From contig JAQGDQ010000088.1 of NCBI GenBank assembly GCA_030141605.1, positions 372,001 to 436,000 on the forward strand: a stretch of 64,000 nt of DNA, in the 5' to 3' direction. This DNA is from Tubiluchus corallicola (taxonomy: Eukaryota > Animalia > Priapulida). Both the position numbers and the translations under genes were made by a program. The notes below the pieces were generated by a model. That model had not been told where the DNA came from. It made no database searches and saw only the letters and a list, made by a program, of their open reading frames with translations. Shown here one piece after another: positions 12,791 through 25,728 of this stretch (positions within the stretch are counted from its first letter, which is position 1; every line of letters begins with the position of its first letter).

Positions 12791-13679
12791 TTTTTTGGAT
12801 TACTGCTGTGTTTACCTGTTTTGAGGACTTTTATTTTAGAGTTCTGCTTGTAAATTGTCTACACTAGACGTTATTGGCATAATTAAGTCAGTCAAGCTCT
12901 GCTGACTGCCCGTCGCTTCTCGTATTTATCTATATAATATGTACTAACGTCTTAACTACTGTATTAAGTTTATGAAGCTAAATAAATTTTCTATTTGTTT
13001 TGCTATTACAATCAGCTTGTGTATTTTTGACATACCTGTACAACCTACATGTAGCAACTGTGCATTGCCAGTATATGTTATATTGTTATGAATAATGCTC
13101 AACTTTTCATTAGTTCATGGGAGAGACATCTCTTGATTTTAGATTTTATTACAGATTTTGATTGAAATTGGAAGTGAATCAATAGCAATATATAGTCTAC
13201 TTTCGTCTTTTATAGGAAGAAATGCACAACGTCTATGAGTTGCTGAATAAAGTGTTTTGGTATCACAAAATATGCAATTTAGTCGAACTTATGACTTTGC
13301 AAATTAGATAAAGACAATTATTTGATTAACTTTTAAAAAGGGACAAATTAACAGTTATAGCCCGAGTTAACCGCTATAAATGCATCAAGTCTTCAAGGTT
13401 AAACTTCGTGCAAGAATTACAGCCTGGAGCACCTAGTTCTAAGTAGCTTTGCACAGGAATAAGCTAGTCAGCAAAACCGTCAAGCCGGTCAAAATTTGTA
13501 TTGTATATCTATGTAATATTAGTATCCTGAAATAGTTAAAAGAAAACCGAATGACTGTGTCAACATTAGTGCAGAATTAAGAATGCTCTAAAATATTGAA
13601 AACTACAATAGCTTTTTTTAATCAGAGCTTAGATTAAACAATAGTTACCTTTGGATACTCAAATTTCGTTAAACTTTCA

Positions 13680-13870
13680 AAGCTGCGCGCGGCTCAGTGA
13701 ATCTACTAAGATTGGCAACGGCGCCTTTTTGTCAAATGCGCGTGGCCGACAAATGAAAGGCAGCACCATTATTACCATGATCATTGACTGCTGTGTTAGT
13801 TTCTGACGTCATGTGGCATAGAGCGCATTTTCGTGACATCACACGTTTAAGCAGTACTGTAAAACGGCTG
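13680..13870 (+). promoter_or_regulatory. CpG-rich candidate promoter of NKIRAS with a full CRE
   Basis: Local CpG cluster (gcgcgcgg, ggcgcc, gcgcgtgg), ATTGG at ~13711 and palindromic TGACGTCA at 13804-13811, ~0.8 kb upstream of the NKIRAS ATG exon. Confidence 0.45.
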
Positions 13871-14597
13871 CTGTTAATTAACTTTCTAAGCTAATTATGC
13901 ATATATAAGAAACAATTGCTAACTTTTATAGGCACGAAAATGTATATTTTGGACAGTAAATTAAAATGAGATTGAGGATAAACAACCATCCGGTTTTCCT
14001 TGAATTTGATGCTTAAGAGAGACTTTTGTAAATATTTTTTGTTGCCCATTTCTCTTAAAGCTAGGCTGCTTACTGGCTTAGTTCCTTTCTAAAAATGACT
14101 TGACTAGGCACTCATGTCAATGCATTTTGTAGTTCTTTGAAACTTTGTCGCTACAGACTGCTTGAATTGTCTTGGTTAAATAATTTTCTGCTACATTCTG
14201 CTTAAATTTTTTGGCTACCCGAAGTTATAAATTCTCGAAAAAAAATTTGAGTACCTCAAAACCCTGGGAGGAGTTGAATGGCATTCGAAACGATGGCTGA
14301 TGCCCAATATCCTTGATCCTTTAGCTGAGGTCACCATTCACCACACTACTTTCAAGGCCCCACTCTAACTTTCTACCGTAAGGTTCATGGCTCCTCTCTG
14401 CATTTGGAGTTAAGATGAATTAAAAAGTGGAAAACTAGATGCCTAACATAATGATGAAAAACAGCGTCATGGTTCTCCTTGATCACGACGCTAATACTAG
14501 CGAGTGAAATCTGTTTTGAAAGTTTTAGTTCTGTTTGAAATAATGTTGTTATTACTTTTGATTATGTAGCTGTGTTCTTTACGATAGCTGATTGACA

Positions 14598-17500
14598 ATG
14601 CCTAAAACTTCCAAAGTTGTAGTTTGTGGTTTGGCTGGAACAGGGAAGACCGCTATACTAGAGCAACTTATATATGGAAATTATAAACCTGAAATGGTAA
14701 GTTAATATTAATATGACTGTATCCAGAATATATGATTTGTTTCTTAGTACAGTGTAATTTCAATGGTTTAACTGTGGTTTAATTGTGCTGCAAATAAATC
14801 ATGTATCATTTTGTACGCTTTGTTAATTTTCTATTATAACACATAAATGTGTAGTAACACAGAGTATGGCTTCCATGTAAAACAAAAACAAACAAATTTT
14901 CTTACAATATGTTAAATAATATAAATGTAACAGGCTGGAAACACTGTTTTTAATTTAAGATTACAAATTGGTACATTTGCCCACTGTAGTTGGTAGCTTA
15001 AATAGCTGTACCCTGGAACCTAGATGGAAAAAATGCTAACAAAGATTATGAACAGAAAAATTATTCGTGCAGTCTGTTATTTGTCAGGATTGTCACAAGA
15101 ACAGTGATTGTGGTGAGACCGTAACCTGTTTGATTTTCAGGGATAATCATTTGCGATGCATGGAACTGAAAAGGCTGTATAATTTGTCTGTGTATGCATC
15201 TTCTCTCAAGGATTAACAGTCGGGAGTTGTATGGCAGGCGAACCCGCCCAGAAGCAGTTTTGCCTGCCATCACTAGGCAGGGCAGCCAAATATAAATCGC
15301 CACCCTCCTTTCTATATTGCATTAATATATGCTTGCTTAAATTACAATTCTTTTATATCTGTACTTTCTAAGTAATATATATCTGTAGCATTTACACCTG
15401 TATGTATATTGAAAACTGTTGTTATAATTTCGGTATTTTACGTGTTTTACTTAAATTTTCGTGTAGATTTATAGTCCAACTATAGAGGATATCTATGTTG
15501 CTCAAATTGAAACAAACAGGGGAACGAAAGAAAAAGTTAGATTCTATGATACAGCTGGTTTGGTAAGTTTCTAATGGCTTTACATTATTACATATACATC
15601 TGAATATAAGTATAGTAGACATTTTTCAATTCTATAGCTTGAAACAATCTAACATATAAAATCTTGATAGGGAATACATTGTTTTTGAAAAATGACGCCT
15701 TTGTTGCCTTTGCGTGGCTAGTTCTTCCCTGTTACATGCATTTTGCCTTTTGCTAATTAGTTGGACACTAATGTCTGCATGTCATAAATGCATTTCACAA
15801 AAAACAGGTGCTGTACCTCTCAATTCAGGTATTATTCAGTTGTGCTGTAGCGCACACATACGAGAACTCATGCGTGAGCACAGGGGTAAACTTGAAATTT
15901 AAATTTTTAAACTTAAAATTTGCCAAGTTCTATGTATCACACTGTTTAATATTGCATAGTACTGATAGCACAGTAGCACTATACTTCAATTTTCCCTTTC
16001 TCAAACATATGGAAGACATACGTGGAATGTTTGTGTTTTGAGTATGTTCATTTATGATATTGTCACTAGTTGCACTTGCTGGCCATTAAATAAGCTTTTA
16101 ACCTATTATTTAATTATAAGGTGTGTTATATTATATTGACATTAGTATAGGTGTTAAAATCTATACTTTTTGCCATACTTCAAATTGGGGTAGGATATGA
16201 AAACTCTTACTATTTTCCTTTAATATGATGATTGTATTAAATGAAAGCTGAATGTTGAGTTGATGGTATGCTTATGCCATAATTTTTAGACAAATATGGC
16301 AGAGATTTTTGTTACGACGCTGTGTTTGTAGACCTAATTTGACGAGTGTATGTGGATTAGAAAATACACTATTGTCTTGTAACCCACCATTATGTGACAG
16401 TAAGTGTGTCTCTGCTTTTGTCTGTTTTGCTCCTATGACTGTTTTTTTGTTGTTTTTCCTTTCAGAATGAACAAAAATCAGAGCCACCAAGACATCTCTT
16501 CAGCGTTTGTGATGTAAGTTTTGGATGTAAATCTGTAGATGCTTTTTTCAGTGGGTAATTTTTCTTTGTTATCCACTATTCCAAGAATAAGGCCCAAGTG
16601 GTCTATCCTGTCGTCACTGTTGTTGCAGACACAGTAAGAAAGACCACAGATATGGATACAGCAATGTTCCGCAGGAATGGGTCCATACCGTTTACAATTA
16701 GCACAACTCAGCCGAATCCCGGTAATATGATTTTTAAGGGATCAAAATATTTTTTTGTATTAAGGGGGTTTCGTACTATCCATTACACTGGTTTTTACAA
16801 ACTCATACTATAGGTTTTACACGTCAAATGTAGACACAGGAAAGTTCGCATGTGACTTAGGTAAGCCAAATGTAGACATAAGAATTTCAAATGTGTTTTG
16901 GTAACTCAAATGTGACTTAGGTAAATCAAATGTAGACATAGCAATTTCGAATGTGACTTAGGTAAGTCCAATGTAGATGCATTACTTTTAATAAATCGGT
17001 AATTAACTCATTTAAGTGCAAGTTACAAAAAGATAAACCAAAGATAGTCGTCACCTCTTTCATAACTTCGAAAAATGTGTTGTTTATCCTCAAACTAAAT
17101 TCTTTGACAAACCATAACGTCTGTAGAAAAGAATAAATTGGTTCCCACTTCCCAATGAACAGTGAATCACTAATTAGTTTTTTAAGTAATGCATTAGCAC
17201 TGCATTAATGAATTAGTTTTTCTCAAGAAGCATTGTTTATTTTAAGAATGTATTGTTTTCTCTAACAGTCCCAATGGTATGTAAAGTTTACAGAATATTA
17301 ATGAACTATTAGTAGACCCATAAAGTTATTATTTTCACAGCAATTATTAAATTAAGATTAAAGGAGATTAAATTTAACATCCTTAAGCTTTACCACCTAT
17401 CCACATTTGAGATACCAATGTCACATTTGACTTGACATGTGTCTACATTTGACTTACCAAAAATGCTCAAGATTTCTTGAAAACCATCGTTAATACATTT

Positions 17501-20500
17501 GAACTACCTAAGTCTACATTTGACTTACCAAGACACATTTGAATTACCTAAATCTACATTTGATTTAACGTAGGTCTATATTTGACATGTAAAACCTATA
17601 TGTATTACTACTAATGAAAATAGTTATGAACGGACGCATAGTTTGTACATTGGTTTTCTTTTGACCAGTGAGCATAATTTAAGCTTTTTTAAACCCCGTT
17701 TCGAGTAAATAAAACTGCAAAATTATTTTAGCATTTTGACAGTGTGTTAGTTTAAAGTAAATCTGTAAGAAGGAGTTAGCTGTGCCACAGAGTCTGCGGT
17801 ATGTTGATTTTTGCTGCTGTATTACGGTCAGTAATGTAATGTCTTCAAAATATTAAATGTCCATCTGTGCAACAAAATGTTACTAGAGCCACTGCCATGA
17901 TATTAGATACAATTGGATACATATAAGCAAAGCACAGCTATTTACAGATGGATAGACAGACAGTAACAAATACATATATAGGCATTTTAAGCTGTAAGAG
18001 CAAATTTTTACAGCAGTGTGAAACTGTTTTGGAAATCAGCTATTTCGCTGCAGACAGTTGTTTTTATACTCGTTTCAATGATTAATTCAAATTATAAACA
18101 TTTTTAACCTGAAAAAAATCCATCAAAGTAAAAATGTACTGTAATTAACTTGTATTTTATTACTTGAAGAAATCAGCAATTTTACTCTGTTTTGCATTCT
18201 TACAAGTAAAATTTGTAATAAAGTCACTTAAACTTTGCACTGAACATTGAATATCTGATTGAACATTATTGGCTTGAACTGCTGTGAAGCATTGCAGCTT
18301 TTCCTCATAAAACATCGCTTGATGTGTGGTGGGTGCTGTATCAGGCTCTGGTCATTATCGTCTTCATCATCATCCCCGCCTGTAGCTGGTAGCTTGACAA
18401 AACTGAGAAATAATTTCATCTTCCTTAGGTTCATCCACTCGCAACACATTATCGTCTGCCGAAATGAAATCTTCAACTCCTGTATCAAAATTCATGAGAC
18501 ACTGTAGTGCAGTAAAAATATTCCAATCTTCGCAGGAAATATCAGTAAGGATTGGTTGTTTTTCTGGATTTTGCTCATCACCAGGGTCCTCATCACCAAC
18601 TTATAAGATTGCAGCTTCTTTAATAACACCTGCTTTTAAAAAACGGTAGACAGCTTCTGCATAATAAATTGCATCGGTCACTGTAATAACTGACAATTGT
18701 TTTTTTTTGTTTTCTAGTTCACTCGATAACTGTTGCATAACTCTTTTTCGATGCATTTTAATAATTTTAATTATCTTCATATCGCATAGCTGTAGTCTGT
18801 AGTATGGCTGTTGCATTTGGCAGAAGCTTCCATTTTTTTGTCCCACTTCATAAGCCAGTGCTCAAATAAAGTGGCCTTTTTATTGGCTTCGTATTGAACT
18901 GGTAAATGTTAATGCCCTTGAAACGCTTTGAATTTGCAAACTTTCCAATGAAGTCATGGGCCACTTTTCAGACCTGTCCATATTCATACATGAAAAAAAG
19001 AGTAACCCGGTCTTTGCTTTTCTTTCCACCTTTGCATGGATCACCTTTAAACGTTAAAGTTTTATCAGACAACACGCAAAAAATTAAACCAGTCTCATCT
19101 GCGTTATATATATCGCATGGCTCATAACTTTCACTGAGATGAGGTAGTTCAACTTGGTTCAATGTCAGCTGATTCTTTGCACAAATTCCAGAAAACTATG
19201 TCGTAATAGCGTTTAAGTCTGTGTAGCCGTCCAGTACTGGCTTTGAGTGAAATTCGCAATATGCCTTTTCCTGTAGAATACCTCCGCTGACTTGAATGTG
19301 TTTTAAAGGAGAGCTTGTGAGTCAGTCATACATAGCCGTCTCCAGATTTCTGTGTTGACCAAGCCGCAGGCATTTTCTTACTGATGACCTTTTCTCATAT
19401 TCTTCAAGAATTTTTGTTTTGTTTTTCAATATACTGGCAAGTGTGGATACATTTCTAAGACTCATATCTTTTGCTATAACAATCTCTTTGTCAGCCTTGC
19501 ATTTTTCTGCTTCACGAATTATTTGTACTCTCTGTTCTAAAGAAACTTCTCTCTTTATTCCAGGGTTTTCAGCTGTTGCCATTGATATTATGCATGTTGG
19601 AAATTTGGGACAAACACTGAATATTAACCAAGTTAAACCACCTTGAAGTTTAAACTAAATGATGTGCATTACATTATGACACATAATTGGTTTGAAAAAA
19701 CAATCAACTAAGCTCACTAAGTTGAGGTTACTGCGGCAACATGTGAGTCGTGTCTAGAGTCTGGCCAGCCACAGTATCACAAGTATTTATTTACATTAAA
19801 ATTACATTGGCGGGACTTTGGAAAAACATCGTATAAGTGGGGGTTTCATAATAACGAGTTTCGTATTAACTATAAGTGATTACATAGGTTTTACTATGAG
19901 CTTGGCCGAGACATAATAAAATCATCATATTACTGAAAGTTTCATTATAACACGAATTGTATTACCGGGATTTGGCTGTACTTTCATTACATTCATTATG
20001 TCTTGGACTCTGGTATGTGTCGTTTTAGCTGCAAGCCTAATCTTTGACATGAGAGCCTGCTTCATACCCATAATTTATGGTCTTACTTTGCTTTAAAGTG
20101 ACTAATAAATTGTTGTTGCCTGACTCTATTTATTTTGAATAATCTATTTGGAGAATGCCAAGCTCTAGCAGCAGTTACGAGCCCAAAATGGAACTGCCCA
20201 GTTATCAAAATTAAGCAGTCAGCCCTGAAATTTGGCATGCAAGGTTTACACACACTCACGCACCTGCATAAAAACACCATCTGCATTTATTGAGAGAGTG
20301 TATCAGTGCCTCTGAGACTGACAGTGGAAGTCCAAGCAATAATATTGCTGTCAGAATTTTGAAATCTCTGTAAACGCATGGTCAATTTACTTTGACCAAT
20401 ACATAAGTAAATAAAGTGCTACTAGTAGACTCTTTGCCTCTCTTTCTTTGTTTCCTCTCCTCTCCAATCTCTCTCTGTTTCTTGTGCTTTTTCTCGCATC

Positions 20501-23500
20501 AAACGGTCTCAAAATATCCTATTTCACTATCTAACCTAATGCAAAACTAATGTTCATCAACTGTCTGTCCCATTTCTTGACAGATTTGTTGTTAAAATAA
20601 GGTGCATATGCAGGAGCTGGTGAACCTAGCCATCAGATCTACATGTAATGCAGTGAGCAGCTGCTCTCAATGCAGGCAACCAGCAATAAGTCAAGCAGAA
20701 ACAGCTTGTTGAATATGTTTACAAATGTAGGCAACCCCAACACGGGTAGTGATTATTGATAGTTTTCCAATTGTTTTATGCTCTTACTGACACTCAGAAA
20801 CACCCAGGATTGTGCATATTCAAAGTATTGACAATGTTTCTGCAAGTCAGAGATAAGCAAAGCAAATACAATGGGTATGGCATAAATTGGTTCCCTAAAA
20901 TACACGAAATTTAACGATACACCTTACTTTAATCATGAAGGTGTATAGAAACAAATCCGTTCTAACAAATGTGCTTGATATGAGCAATGTTTCAAATAAT
21001 ACTGAACCAAATTATACAGAGTCTACTGTATTTATTTCAGTATTAGTTATTGTTATATGCTTTCATATTCTGCAGTTACAACAGCAGATTATTCATCAAA
21101 TCTTTGTTATTCATTTCATAACATGCTAATTACCTACTGATCATGCTATTTGCTGTTTCTCACAAACCCAATTGGGCACATCCCCAATTACAAACTCTTA
21201 AGAGGCTTTTTGAACAGATTGGCCTACCTATCTACCTTAAGCAGTGTGGAATGCATTGACCATTGGGAAGGGTGCACTCATATTGTAATCAAAAAACAAA
21301 TGATTGACTGGGCAATAGTTCTTTATTTTCCAGTGACTCAAACAATAAATTATATCCTGCAATTGGAAAAGCAGCCTGTGAGTGGGGCTTGGGAAACCAA
21401 ATAGACTCGTTGCTCAATGTTCACTTGTTATAATTTTACACGTGACAATGTTTAGTAATTTAATAACTACTGTTTTAAGCTGGCGGAATGTTTTCGCAGG
21501 TTGTTTCTTCAAGTAGCAAAACGAATGTATTTCTTCATAACAACTGTGTAGAACTGAAGATGCGAAGTAGTAGATATATGGAATTCTTTATTGATGATTA
21601 ATAATAAGAATATTCATATGATTTTTTTTCTTGTTAAAACAGTATTGAAATACAGTTTCACAGTTGCTAAAATATGTTTCTTGCATCTAAACAGCCAAAA
21701 TTGGACATTTTTAAATTAAGCATTACACGTTATTATATACTTTTGTTCTAGGGTGTCATACTTGTGTACAATATTACACAGCCAAGTTCTTTTGCTAAAC
21801 TTGATGCAGTCAAAACTGAAATAGACAAATTGAAAGAAAAAAAGGAAGTAAGTAATTTAAATTGTTTTCCTATGAATATAGAACTGATGCACATAAAGAG
21901 AAATAAAATTGGATGCCAAATATATTGTCTAACATAGCAATAATAAGCTATTGTCCAAAGAATAGTGAGGAAATTTTGTGGAGAGGTGCTATAGTGGATT
22001 AATGTCTATTTTCATTGAATATTTTTCAAAAATTTGTTTTGTACAGAATTTGTAAAGTTGTAATGTCTTATTCTTATGGAATACAACTTGTCTGCTGACC
22101 ACAAGTGAAAAAAGTGTACATCTATTCTTCATGTGGACCTATCACATGTGGACTATCTGAAGTTGTAGCTGAATTTAAAATTTCAGATTGTTGTCATTGC
22201 TCTTGGAAACAAAACAGATCTGAGCAGTGAAAGGAAAGTGGAGAGGAGTACTGCAGATGTATGGGCGAACAAAGAAAAGAGTAAGTGTAGATTAGCTGTA
22301 CAGTAACTCTTCGCTTAATGACGTTAATGCGTTCCAGCAAAATGCATCATTAAGCGAAACATTGCTAAAAGAAACAATGCTTTCCATAGGAAATAATATA
22401 AAAGCTTTGAGATACGCTGCAGACAATGCATAGTTCATATAACGTAAATGGTTTTGTACATACTCTTACTATTTTCAGCCATTGCTTTGAAACCACCTGT
22501 TTTTCTTAAAGGATAAGAAAAGGCGTACCTGAAGTAGGTTTCAGAAAAATCGCCTTAAAAAATTATACTACTTTACAGCAGTTTTATGCATGTATCGTAC
22601 TCGCGTTGAAAGGAAATTCATTTTAAATCTCCCGCAATAACTGTGCCGACGGCGCCATTACATGACGTCACTATGCAAATGTAAATCAGGGGAAGAAAAG
22701 GCAATGTTAAATTATGTCCCAAAAAAATTTCTGTACACATCTATATTACTTAGCATTTCATTTACCTGCGGAAAGACTTATGTAACTAGAAATAATAACT
22801 TAATGTGTTTGTGTTATTTGGCAAAAGTCGATCGTACAGGGTGTGCCACTCACTAGCCAAAAACGTATTTTTAATCTTATTTTGACGATGCAGCAATTTA
22901 AAATTTTACTTAGTTAGCAACTTGTATGCTACGAATGCTCTGATACTTTACTCACTGTTATCTAAACTTATTTTAAATGACCTACCATCAAAATGGCTGC
23001 ACCTTAACGGTCATCGCAGGAGTTTAAATTTACATGTTTTATACAGCATTATGGCCAATATAAGCCCTGCATGCAAAAAGGGAATATGCAAGTGGTATAA
23101 AATTTCGAGACAATTTTTTTAAGCTTTATGTAAGTGAAGGGTTTTCTTGTGCTTTAAATATACCTATTTGCCGCTTCTCTTCCAAGTCGTCTTTCAGCAA
23201 CACACTCAGCTATGAACCTGGTGTATTTTAACGCATATAACCAGCATTGCTGTTTTACTGGTAAATGTGGTTAACTAAAATTTAAGGTTTGGGCCGTGGG
23301 TTAACTATGCCTTAGGAGAATTTCATTTAGCCACTGACACTGATTGCAAGCTGTTGCAGGCAGATTTCCCTTGTAAAAAGTTTACACTGTGTGCTCGCAG
23401 TCAGGTAGTATAGAGTAAGTTGCAAATAGATCTTGCTAGATAGAAATGCAGTATTTACAGACAAAAACGTAAATATTGCACACAGTGTTGCATTACTAAT

Positions 23501-25728
23501 AGGACTTTTGAACAAAATATAGCAACAAGTAGTGTAAAAACTGGGTAAAAAAAGCTGTTGTTAAAGCAAAAAATTGCTTTGAGCAAGTCAAGAAAATTGT
23601 TGTTAAAATGAAACATGCATCGCTAAGTGAAAAAAGGTGTCTAATGTTCGGCATCCTTAAAATGAAACATCTCATAACAGTGAGTCCTTAAGCGAGGAAT
23701 TACTGTACTACAAAATAATGTTTTATTGCTGATTATATTATGATAGGATATGTACTGTACCAACAGTATTTTTCATAAAAGTAATATTACTGCAGATGTA
23801 TGCACCAACAAGCCCAAAAAGTAAATGTGTATTTATGACATGTATACTGTAAACATTAGTTGTATTATGCTAATAGATCACCCCGAAAACTGTCAATATA
23901 TCAGTTCACTGGGTTACAAAAAGTTTCCTGGAATCGGGAACCTATAAGAAGTTAATCTCGTTATCTCTCTAAACGTATCTCACTTACATCATCACCAAAT
24001 TTAACACAGTTAGCTTTGCTGATATTAGGACAGTATTGCAGTAAAACACCGTTATTTGTGAATTTTCTTGACACTGTAACAAAAAAGGTGAAACACGATC
24101 AGGAAAGCCAGTTGTCTTTTCCTTGCATATGCTGTCTGTTTTTTCTTTGTGTTTGCTTGACCGCTTTGCATCTTTTTTCAATTTGTCACACAGTTTTTTT
24201 TTGCAACAAGGTAATATATACTTGGTGTTACAATTTTATTAGTAATCATGGGAAATTTTAACTTTCTCCTATAGTTTTAACACAAATACCACACAATGTT
24301 AAAGCATTTTTACTTTCTTGAAAAGTGCATTTTGCTTCCTTTTTTGCAGTCAGAGAGTATTTGTTGTGCATTTTTAATTTCAGTTCGTGTTTTTGAGGTT
24401 ACTGCGACTGATAGAAGAACGCTTACTGAACCATTCGTCTTTCTAGCCTCAAAATTGACACAACCACCAAGTAAGTTCCCTTAGTTTGTGCATTTTGCCT
24501 AAATCAAGAAGATTCTGTGTTTGTAGCTAGAGTTATGTTCATGCTTAAAATGTTGTCAGTACGTGGTTACTGTAGAATATCGATCATCAGAACTATATTT
24601 GGGGAGTAGATAATCCAAATGCAATAACGATGCTAGCATTTTATAGCAAAATGCAATGTTAAGCAAAACGTCACAAACGACACCATCCATGTTACAGAAA
24701 CAATGTAAAAACACACATATGTGTTCTAAGGACACCGGTCAAGATGTACAGTTGGGCTTAATGTTGCAAAAAACATCAAAATAAAATATCCATTGTATGT
24801 ACAGTTGGGCTTAATGTTGCAAAAAACATTAAAATAAAATATCCATTGTATAGTTTTAGCTTTCAGACTATTCTCTTGTAAGCCTGAAAACTTCTAATGC
24901 TAAGTTTTTTTAAAGCATTTAGAACTGCTGTCAATTCATCTGAAGTTGTTATTTAATGCAAATTCTATTTCTTTCAATTTTACATTATCTGTTGAGGGTT
25001 TTTTACTCTCAGCCATCATATGTTCAACCATCCTATACATCCCAAGGTATCCTCTATGAAACATTATAAAAATATGTACTCGGTATTCCGTATTTTCTTT
25101 CTTTATCTTTTTTCACAAAGTTTGGTAAGCTTTGTAAGTGATGTAATAAAATAAGAACCAAAATTTGGCAATTTATTTCATTGACTTCTGTGACCATTAT
25201 TATTATTATTTTTCATAGTTTGTTATTTCATCCTAGATTATTATTATGGTGAAATATCTTTGTTTGCTTGCTGTATCAAGCAAATTGTACTGTAAAATAC
25301 ACCAAAGTACACAGTACACTCAAGCGTACTGTAAAATACACCAAAATACTGATAATCATGATCTTAAAAACAGGCGTAAATCATTTGGCAAAACAGATAT
25401 TATGAGTCACAGTAACTATTTTGCCACAAATATATTTAATTAGTTTGCATTTATGAGAATGCAAGGGAAATGTTGATATTGTCCACATCACAGCTGTGCT
25501 GCACTACAAGTACCTATTGTGCAGTTGTTCTAAACCAAAAGTTATAACCAGTCAATTTAGCCCCCTACAAAACCAATTGAACCAAGTCTTTTCTGATCTT
25601 GAAAATGCCCGTGTCTGTAACAAAGTTTTTCTAACTTTTCAGCAAAATCTACATTTCCGCAAGATCTTGTTACGAAGATAACAAGAAAAGGTGACAACAA
25701 AAATGATAGAAATAGTTCCGACTGCTGA
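14598..25728 (+). CDS. NKIRAS: NF-kappaB inhibitor-interacting Ras-like protein (kappaB-Ras), 7 coding exons, 201 aa
   Basis: Exons 14598-14696, 15467-15562, 16466-16513, 21752-21847, 22187-22280, 24384-24470, 25643-25728; all GT-AG, phases consistent (606 nt). Protein reads [28 protein letters not shown]...[29 protein letters not shown]...[12 protein letters not shown]...[27 protein letters not shown]...KSTFP. It has the kappaB-Ras hallmarks: non-Gly at Ras position 12, Leu at 61, no CAAX. Confidence 0.95.
16709..19978 (-). mobile_element. Decayed pogo/Tigger (CENP-B/DDE) DNA transposon in NKIRAS intron 3
   Basis: TIRs cagccgaatcccggtaat (16709) and attaccgggatttggctg (ends 19978, then TA). 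Minus-strand transposase remnants ~19582-18230: HTH region SLEQRVQII...[10 protein letters not shown], catalytic [27 protein letters not shown]...[14 protein letters not shown]. Many frameshifts and stops. Confidence 0.9.
16809..17600. mobile_element. Foldback-type MITE nested inside the pogo element
   Basis: Termini tataggttttacacgtcaaatgtagac and gtctatattttgacatgtaaaacctata are inverted. Left arm has repeated aaatgtagac/atgtgacttaggtaa units (16825-16980); right arm has their complements acatttga/ttacctaa (17400-17590). Confidence 0.85.
22301..23705. mobile_element. Non-autonomous pogo/Tigger-type element (~1.4 kb) in NKIRAS intron 5
   Basis: TA|cagtaactcttcgctta ... taagcgaggaattactg|TA: imperfect 17-bp TIRs with a TA duplication. 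It starts 20 nt after the exon 5 donor. No transposase ORF seen. Confidence 0.75.
24744..24850. repeat. 53-bp tandem duplication
   Basis: atgtacagttgggcttaatgttgcaaaaaacat(c/t)aaaataaaatatccattgt occurs twice with one mismatch. Confidence 0.95.

Noticed and set aside
16820-17590. Regularly repeated ~20-bp units that could be mistaken for a CRISPR array
   Set aside because: Eukaryotic intron, no unique spacers, and the units are mirrored on the opposite arm, so they are subterminal repeats of a foldback element.
18228-19582. Domesticated TIGD/CENP-B-like gene nested in NKIRAS
   Set aside because: Many frameshifts and stops with both TIRs retained indicate a dead transposon.
25723-25728. C-terminal Cys of kappaB-Ras as a prenylation signal
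   Set aside because: SSDC* is not CAAX, CC or CXC, and kappaB-Ras proteins are known to lack the motif.
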